Below are positions 55,800 through 64,000 of a stretch of DNA of 64,000 nucleotides, in pieces (positions within the stretch are counted from its first letter, which is position 1; the number at the start of each line of letters is the position of its first letter). The translations under genes and the position numbers were made by a program. Under the pieces are notes generated by a model. The model ran no database searches. It saw only the letters and a list, made by a program, of their open reading frames with translations, and was not told the origin of the DNA. The DNA is from Neoechinorhynchus agilis (taxonomy: Eukaryota; Animalia; Acanthocephala): assembly GCA_051530055.1 (NCBI GenBank), contig CM121341.1, positions 4,256,784 to 4,320,783 of the forward strand, in the 5' to 3' direction.

Positions 55800-58700
55800 T
55801 AGAGTTTATTACGAACACCTTCATGGCTGGTAAAAAGTCCCGTAACGCAGCCTCCAAGAGGATCACCTGCTCGTGCCAAGGGTGCTCGATAACAACCCTC
55901 ATCGCCCCAACGCACATCCCAGAACCTTGCCTGTTCTTTATCTTTGGGTTCTGCTGCGCCAAGCTGCTGATCAAATTGACACCAGATCGAATGGCATTGG
56001 AGTTGTCAACAGGGCACTTGCGACCGCGATCGAAGCTAACCTCGAAACATCACTTTCTACCATGCATTTGAACATCACAACAGAAGCCATTACACAGATT
56101 TCTCCCGATCTGCCGATCTCTTTCCTCCCGTTTCACCCGTCACAACACATCCCACTCAACTGACTATATCCCCTGAACACAACCAAACAATTGTCAAAGA
56201 TCCTTTACCAGCTCCCAGAAGCTCGTTAATTTCAAATGTAGTTAATGGCAAAGAGCGTAACCTGTTTCCGTACAGGGCCAACCAACTATCTTGTGACAAC
56301 CCAAACGTGCCAACCACACCCGGAAATGATAAATCGTCTCTGGACCCTCGACTTAACTCAATCCCGATTCTCAAACCTCCGGTTTAGACTCATATTACCT
56401 CCCTCACATCCACTCTCCGCCCAGCTCCTTCTTATCCCGCTCGTCGACTTCCGTCTTTTCAAGACTACGCTCGCTTCTCAACCACGTCTACCCTTCAGCC
56501 TCCCTCTCAGAAGATTTTACAGGAGATAACACCTTCCTCGCCGAAATCTTCTCGCGCACCACAAAATCGTCCGCCTAACAAATCGATGGTTGTTCCTAAC
56601 ACATCCGGCCTTCTCCCTGGCTCCGCCCGACACCACGATCTCTTCATCTCCGGTATTCCTTAAGTTCCGGAATGTCCAATTTCTAGCCATTTCAATGCGT
56701 TGAAACACAATTTGCTACATCTCAACGAAATTACCCGTACGCGCTTCCCTTATAACAACCTTCCGGCGCCTGTATCTATTCACCGCATCCCATCAAATAA
56801 TCCAGCTGACTCTCGTCCACGCCTTCTAAAAGTTAGCTTTCACCTTCGTCACACTGCCTCTGCCTACATCTCCAAACGCTTTCTTTTACTAAAATCATCC
56901 CTCCCTTACCGGATATTTCCAGCCCGACAGTCAATAAGTTATCTTCCGTTCGACACACGCCTTCTCCTTCCGTAAATTTTTGGATACCTCCAAAGGAAAC
57001 CGCTGTTCCTTGGCAGAAATTAGACACACAACCGTTTTCCATCCCTTATCAGAAAATCGTCACACCTCAGACATACTGGTCACCACAGAAACCCGGCTCA
57101 GTGGCTCAAACAAAGACACCGCAGCCATAGCTAACGTCACTCACTTTCACTCTGTCAGAGGTCCAACCTAAAAAAATTAGGACGGCCATGAACAATCCAC
57201 TTGCACCCTAGATGAACAGGCAACCACAACATCACCCGACTTGACACCCATCTCGCCCCTCCAACCCATTTCCTTACTGAGCATCCCACCTAAACATCCG
57301 CCCCTTACATATATTTGCGCCTGAACTAAATTTGGAACGCGAGCAAGTTAACACGTATTTCCGCCTCAACTCCAGCCTATAGAGAAACGGCACTATGTCC
57401 GATGCCATCATCCCCGGATTCTCCTGATTTCATCTAACTAGAGATGATTGTTCTGGAGGAGACGTCTCTATTTACTTGAAGTCATCCTTACCATACACCA
57501 TCTCCACCCCCCGACTATTTTATATCAGAACATCTCGAATCGGTCCACCTTCAACTCTCTCTCTTCGTAACGGCAGCCGTGAAATGACCGTCGCCGGTGT
57601 TTATCGTCCAACTGCCTCAACTCCCGCCGCAGCATCTGAACAAATCGATACCTTAATTAATAACAAACTATCGTTAAATTCTCAACACTTCATGATTCTA
57701 GGAGACTTCAACCGTCTCCCTGCTCCACCGTCACTTTCTGATCTCTTACAACTAGTAAACTTCCCCTCGCGTGGTTCATCCAAACTAGATAAAATCTTTA
57801 CCAATATAGCAAAATATTCCGTTCCCATTAAACTCCCACCCGTAGCGACCTCGGATCACTGCACCATCCTCCTTAGACCAATCGTTCCTCGGAAGCGACA
57901 ATCATCCGACCTTTGCCTGGTCTGGGATAAACGTGACCATCACTCTCACTCCTTCTTCAACAAGGTAAGGGATGCCCTACCCGGAATCCGAAGTTCTATA
58001 TACAGCAACGGCCCGTCTAAAGCCATGGCGACATTGTACAATACTTTAGTCCATTGCATGTCTTTCCCTCGGAAAATGATTCGTATGTCGAATCGTGATC
58101 CACCATGGTTTTCACCTTTACTAAAATCACTGCAAGACAAGGTGAAAAAGTCCTTTCGCTCCCGACATCCCGATTACCCAGAACTCCACAAGAGATTCAC
58201 TGAGCGCCTTCTTCACGCTCGCAAAACCTTCCTTTTTTCCAAACTACCGTCATCCCCTAATCGTTCCTGGTGCAGCGAGATCAAAAATGCCATCGGTCTT
58301 CACAGATCTCAGCCTTTCGCCAATCTGCATAAATGTCAGCTCGAAAAAACCCTCAACTCCATGAACGCTACCATGTGACCTCCCAAATCTTACACTGACA
58401 CAAGCGTCGTACGCCCCTGCGATGATCGCAACCATAGGCCCGGTGTTCCTCATTCACGCGTCTCCTCTCTTGAGGTTCTCCTACTCCTCAAAAAACTACC
58501 ACGTACATCACCCCCTAACGCTTTGATTCCCAACTGGGCCATTCGAATCATCATTTCATTGATCTTTGAGCCTCTAGCTCATATCATAAATTCTAGCTTT
58601 GAAACGAGGATTTTTCCAAGTTGCCTGAAGACTGCTCGCATCATTCCTATGCCTAAGGCGGGGAAACCCGTTTCTCCGACTTCCTTTCGCCCTATCTCTC

Positions 58701-59515
58701 TACTCTCGCCGTTTTCTAAAATTTTAAAAAAATGTTTTAAAACTCGCATCCTCCCCATCTTTTTACAAAACATTTCGTCTAACCAATTCGACTTCCGACC
58801 AGGATTCTGTTGTACCGACGCCCTCTTGTGCATTTACGATTCAATTCTGCGCAATCTTGACCAAGAACCGTCTTTCGCTTGTCGCCTCATCCATGTGGAT
58901 CTTGCCAAGACCTTTGACTCTGTAGATCACGATCTTCTCGTTAAGGCCTGTGGGAAGTTTGGCTTCTTACCCTGGCAAATAAACTGGCTCACTTCTTTCC
59001 TCGCAAACCGGTCGCAATATTTTCAATACGGAAATACCTGCTCAACGACGCTTCCCATACATTGCGGTGTGCCACAAGGAACTATACTATCGCCCTTACT
59101 TTTCGACATCTTCCTCAACGACCTTACACCCCTCTCAACGTCCGCTAAATATTTCCTTTATGCGGACGACCTAGCCATCATAACCCATGCTCCTCCATCA
59201 CTCTCGCTCAGCCTCACGTCCGCAGAGATTGAAAATCTTAAAGATTTTTGCACCACCCATCAACTCTCAATTAATTTCTCCAAATCATTTGAACTTATTC
59301 CGTCGCTTCAAAAACCTAGGACTGATATTCCACCGTTCCCTCTCGATATCCAACGTATCACATCGCTTCGGATTCTGGTCCTAATCTTCCAACAGAACCT
59401 CAAATAGGACATCCACATTAATGGCGTCGTAGCAAAAGCCACTGCTAAATTGCATTTAATCAAGCGCTTGCGTTTCCCCGGAGTCAGCCCACGCGATCTG
59501 GCACATTTCTGTTGG
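55800..59515 (+). mobile_element. Decayed CR1/L2-like LINE (ORF1 + APE-RT), 3'-truncated; relative of 33774-37059
   Basis: ORF1 Cys motif CSCQGC..FCCAK; APE VAGVYRP, MILGDFN, LDKIFTN, SDH; RT FRPISLLS, VDLAKTFD, GVPQGTILSPLLF, YADD. Confidence 0.85.
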
Positions 59516-59521
59516 TCTGTT

Positions 59522-59745
59522 GTGTGCATATTTCAGTGATTGAGTGTTTAGGGGTTAATTTCGAGAAGATCCTTTCGCAACAGAACCCACACATGAAGTC
59601 TGCAGTAGGATTCTGCGGGATTGTGCTGGAGAGGAGGGTGATTATTGTACAGTCCGGGCTTGAACACGAAATACGTTTTGTGTTTAGTTTGTTGGATTTT
59701 CTGACCGTTTTAGAAACTGACGAACGCGGATGGAGGATAAACTGG
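59522..59745 (-). mobile_element. Duplicated 5' end of the 33774-37059 LINE, including its junction with the CRE host
   Basis: Near-identical to 36862-37085. Confidence 0.85.
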
Positions 59746-60780
59746 GAAAATTAGACGAGACGTTGAAAGCCTCTTTCGAGAAAATTTTAAATACTCAGCT
59801 GTCGGACGGGGCCTGGCGTCAAGCGTCCTTGCCTGTCGTCCGGCGGTTTAGTTATCCGAAATGCAGCCGTTATTTCTCTGCCAGCCTCTTATTTGGAATC
59901 GTATGAAGCAGGCTGCAAAGTATTTAAATCCGTTCTTGGTGAGAATTACACTTTGGATGAAGATTTCGTGGAGGCGCTTAATATTTGGTGTGGAGATTCA
60001 GGCAGCGAGCAAGTACCCGTCAGTGGTTGCAAACAATCAGTTTAGGACTTTACCCCTGGTAACGAGAATTCATAACTCTTTAATTTCAGATTCTCGTAAC
60101 CTAATGAACCAAACTCCACTGGCGGCAGTCTATACAAGAGAATCGGGGGTTTGGCTCAACCCTCTCCCAATCGCTTCTGTGGGTATCCTTCTCTCAGACA
60201 AGACAGTAAGGATTGCAATGTCCCTGAGACTTGAGGTACAGATGGGCACATCTCATCGCTGAAGTAGCGGAGCGACCGTGGAACCATCGGGACGAAATGG
60301 TCTCGTCTGTCGGGAATCAGGCGGAAAATACTCACGACGTGCCGAAATGAACGCAATTCCGAGTCGTGCCCTGAATACTGTGAATGCGCCAAACATCCGA
60401 GAGCCCAGCAATCTTTGCCGACTCGATGGCTGTATACCGGACGGTGTCACAGTATTCCCGTGGCGAGGGGAGGCAAATGCCTAGACTATTAAACCAGGAA
60501 GAGCAGCAACCGCCGCTGAGGACGCAAAAAGACTAAATACGGGAACTTGGGTGAAAATAATTATTTCGTTCTTTTTGGCATCGAGAAACTCGGGTCGTTT
60601 GGTACCGCGGCACAGTACCAATTGTCCAAGAAACATGGACGAATCATTGGCGATCCGAGCGCAGGAGCATTCTTCTTCAAAAACAAAAGCCTGGTTGTGC
60701 AACGGGAAGGAACGCCGCATTCGCACTTTCGACCGTTACACCAGGACGCAACTGAGTGAGTGATCCAGAGCGGTGGTGTG
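59746..60780 (+). mobile_element. Duplicated CRE 3' part
   Basis: Near-identical to 37086-38080, with an extra segment near 60095-60145 that is missing from the first copy. Confidence 0.85.
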
Positions 60781-61045
60781 AATGATTTCATTTCAGCTAA
60801 TAGATTGAATTTGATTAGTAATGGAAAAGTTTGACATTATATTTTATTCATTTTCTATTGCATAAATCAATATTTCTTTTATTTTTACAAGAGGTAATTT
60901 TTTTATGTTAACACAATCACTTGGAATTTGCTTTTCGATTTCTATGAATTAATTTTAATGCATGTTTTTTTTATTAAGACGCCCAAATTTCACTAATTAT
61001 AAAACGTGCACATTTATTTCTTAAGCTTAAAATTAACCAAAGCGT

Positions 61046-61483
61046 TCAATTGAGACCAGTACACACCACCATTCTAGTTTCGTCAAACTTTCCAGTCAGT
61101 TGTTTGTTTGCAATGAGTTTTTCTATGAGACTTCTTGTTTCCTCTACGGACGTCTGCATTGCGTTAGCGACGATTTCAATTGACACTTTGTGATGTATTC
61201 TAAAGTATCTTTCCAAAAATACTCTTTTTGCATTGTCCACGAAATCTTTGAGTTTTGGTTCCAGCGTTTCGTCCGACTTTATGAATTCGACAGATTCTGC
61301 TAAATATTTACCAGCTTCTTTAAAATCGAATTGAACGAATATACAAATAAAGAAATGATGGATGGGATCGTTATTGGATGCGATCCTTCGTTGCTTGTGG
61401 TGATAAAAGTCTGCTATCGTGTTGATAAGATCAAAATTCTGCCCACATTGAATCATTGCATCGATTGCGTATTCGACAGTCAT
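61046..61483 (-). CDS. EIF3E: Truncated eIF3e-like PCI-domain protein, 145 aa
   Basis: Intact ORF MTVEY...VCTGLN. Confidence 0.75.
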   Translation of the reverse strand: MTVEYAIDAMIQCGQNFDLINTIADFYHHKQRRIASNNDPIHHFFICIFVQFDFKEAGKYLAESVEFIKSDETLEPKLKDFVDNAKRVFLERYFRIHHKVSIEIVANAMQTSVEETRSLIEKLIANKQLTGKFDETRMVVCTGLN

Positions 61484-61828
61484 TTTTGGACAGAACTGAT
61501 AGTGATTGAGAGTAAAAGTTTGAACCGAGAGTCGACTTATATATATACTGGGTTTCGTTAGTCTTCGCAGCCAATCAGAGTTCAGGATTTCCCTTGTTGG
61601 GTTGCACATTGCCAAAAACCGGAAATTCCCACCAATACCCGCAGCGAATTTTTTAATTTGCAGGCATGGCATCGCTGCGGGTATTGGTGGGAATATCCGG
61701 TTTTTGGCGATAATGCATTTCATTGAAGTCACTTAGCGCTTTCTGATTGGCTAGGGACAACGAAACCCAGTATATAAGTCAACTCTCAGTTCAAACTTTT
61801 ACTCTCAATGCTATCAGTTCTGTCAAAA

Positions 61829-62258
61829 ATGACTGTCAGATAAATCGATCTGTGATTCAATGTGGTATCAGGAACAGCTAATCCAACATTCTTGGACTTT
61901 TATCACCATCAGCAACGAAGGATCATTTAGAAACGATCCCATCCATCATTTCTTTATTTGTATATTCGTTCAATTCGATTTTAAAGAAGCTGGTAAATAT
62001 TTAGCAGAATCTGTCGAATTCATAAAGTCGGACGAAACACTGGCACCAAAACTGAAAGATTTCGTGGACAGTGCAAAAAGAGTTTTTTTGGAAAGATACT
62101 TTAGAATACATCACAAAGTGTCAATTGAAATCGTCGCCAACACAATGCAGACGTCCGTAGAGGAAACAAAAAGCCTCATAGAAGAACTCATTGCAAACAA
62201 ACAACTGACTGGAAAGTTTGACGAAACTGGAATGGTGGTGTGTACTGGTCTCAATTGA
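61829..62258 (+). CDS. EIF3E: Truncated eIF3e-like PCI protein; 5' part garbled
   Basis: 3' part intact (RNDPIHHFF...VCTGLN); many indels at 61720-61920. Confidence 0.55.
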
Positions 62259-63109
62259 ACGCTTTGGTTAATTTTAAGCTTAAGAAATAAATGTGCACGT
62301 TTTATAATTAGTGAAATTTGGGCGTCTTAATAAAAAAAACATGCATTAAAATTAATTCATAGAAATCGAAAAGCAAATTCCAAGTGATTGTGTTAACATA
62401 AAAAAATTACCTCTTGTAAAAATAAAAGAAATATTGATTTATGCAATAGAAAATGAATAAAATATAATGTCAAACTTTTCCATTATTAATCAAATTCAAT
62501 CTATTAGCTGAAATGAAATCATTCACACCACCGCTCTGGATCACTCACTCAGTTGCGTCCTGGTGTAAGGGTCGAATGGACGGATGCAGCGTTCCTTCCC
62601 GTTGCACAGCCAGGCTTTTGTTTTGGAAGAGGAATGCTCCTGCGCTCGGATCGCCGATGATTCGTCCATGTTTCTTGGATAATTGGTGCTGTGCCGCGGT
62701 ACCAAACGACCCGAGTTTCTCGATGCCAAAAAGAACGAAATAATCATTTTCACCCGAGTTCCTTCATCGACGACACCGATGCTGTCCGCTCGCTTCGCTC
62801 GGGGACGGACGTTCCTCGCTTCGCTCGGAACCTGGATGCTAGACCACCATATGAAGACGGAAACTTGGCCGCCCAAAACGAGCCAAGTGAAGAGAACAAC
62901 GTCAATGTGATTGTTTCAAATTGATCCTACGACCGAGCTTCTCAACAGGACTCTGTTAGATTTGTGATTGGATTTTCTCCCTGATGAAAACAGGAGTTCT
63001 TAAGATCCATGGACCCCTTAATTCACGATGCTGCGGTTCCGGTTCACCCAAACAAATCCATTGATGGTGTGCGCCAAAATCCTATAACGACATCACCAAT
63101 ACGAAATGA

Positions 63110-64000
63110 AATTCCATTTGTAGAGAATATTGTGAGCGCGTCCTGCCCAAGGATGTTCTGAAAAGAATCCCAAGGGCCGCGCGATATCAGGCCGCAAAGA
63201 GATTCATCTCTCGATTGACAGACTGCATCGAGATTAAATCAGAGTTTTCGCTGTTGCGTATCTTTGTTTTCCCTAGACTGGTGCTTTCCGCTGGTGATGT
63301 TTCCAAGGGTTCTCTGACCACAAAAATAAAAGAGCGAATAAGTTTTGTTGGCGAAAATTTGACTCAATGCCTTCGACAGCATGCGAGCTACGTGGGGAGT
63401 GTGTCCAGGAGCGTTACCATCGCTGAAACTCAAATCGGTCGCTTGCTGGCGCGTTTCTTATAAGCTCGCGGACGTAGATGTCAGAGGAGCAGTTCATCTA
63501 TGATCATCAATGGACAGTCTCGCCAAAGATAGTGAAGAAACGTTATGAACTCTTCGTTCCAAACATCTGCGTCACGGTTGTCGGCAGTATTTCGAAGTAT
63601 TATCGTCCTTCGATATGATCCCTTATGTTTTATCATCGAAATCAGAATTGAAGATGGCAGTCTTCTCTTTTGCTAACAGATTAGCTCACGAGCTTCACGG
63701 GCTCCGGCCCTAACGCCTAAAGGATATGACTTTCTTTTCAGTAGGTGACGCTGCTCAGTCCCTTGAGGATGCATTGGCACGACTAGTCGACCAATTTGCA
63801 GGGGGGGGAGTTTATTCCGAAAGCAATTGAGTTATTTTTCGGCGCATCTTTGTGTGCCCTCGCAAAAAAGGAAGGTGGGATTCGTCCCATTGCGATTGGA
63901 GCAACTTTGCGCCGCTTAACACCAAAAATTTTAAATAAAAGGATGGCAGAAAAAGTAGGGATGCTGCTTCGCCCTAATGATATTTCAAAAATACATTCAA
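63110..64000 (+). mobile_element. Degenerate CRE-clade N-terminal/RT region running off the window end
   Basis: FVFPRLVL...; ASLCALAKKEGGIRPIAIGATLRRL at ~63845-63920. Confidence 0.75.

Larger units (their letters stand above)
60541..62762. repeat. Palindrome copy 3 (longest, ~2.2 kb); 24-nt spacer 61648-61671
   Basis: Arms pair from the CRE RLE tail (ggaacttgggtgaaaat) to (attttcacccgagttcc). Confidence 0.93.

Noticed and set aside
1-64000. tRNA, rRNA or other structured ncRNA genes
   Set aside because: None recognised by eye; tRNAscan-SE or Infernal would be needed to exclude them.

Overview
AT-rich eukaryotic genomic DNA, probably from a fast-evolving invertebrate animal. This is inferred from ~48-62 nt GT-AG introns, strongly diverged housekeeping proteins and APE-type LINEs; the taxon cannot be fixed from sequence alone. 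The left half (1-32.6 kb) is genic. It holds an SLC35A nucleotide-sugar transporter, a protein with five tandem 150-aa PP1-docking repeats, a secreted alkaline-phosphatase-superfamily enzyme, a 7-exon ankyrin gene, and SNF8, whose last intron is inflated to ~5 kb by a 330-bp double-hairpin satellite. A 154-bp satellite carrying TGACGTCA follows, then PP5. The right half (32.7-64 kb) is a nest of non-LTR retroelements (CRE-clade RT+RLE, compact CR1/L2-like APE-RT, and a third unclassified RT family) around TGS1 and a dUTPase relic. The most unusual structure, present three times, is a 1.4-2.2 kb palindrome. It carries two divergent, intronless 145-aa genes encoding only an eIF3e-like PCI domain, with mirrored CCAAT/TATA-like promoters around a 24-nt spacer. 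That spacer and some arm markers are flipped between copies with the same flanking orientation, and in the fullest copy inward-facing CRE retrotransposon 3' ends cap both arms. All alignments were done by eye; no database searches were run.
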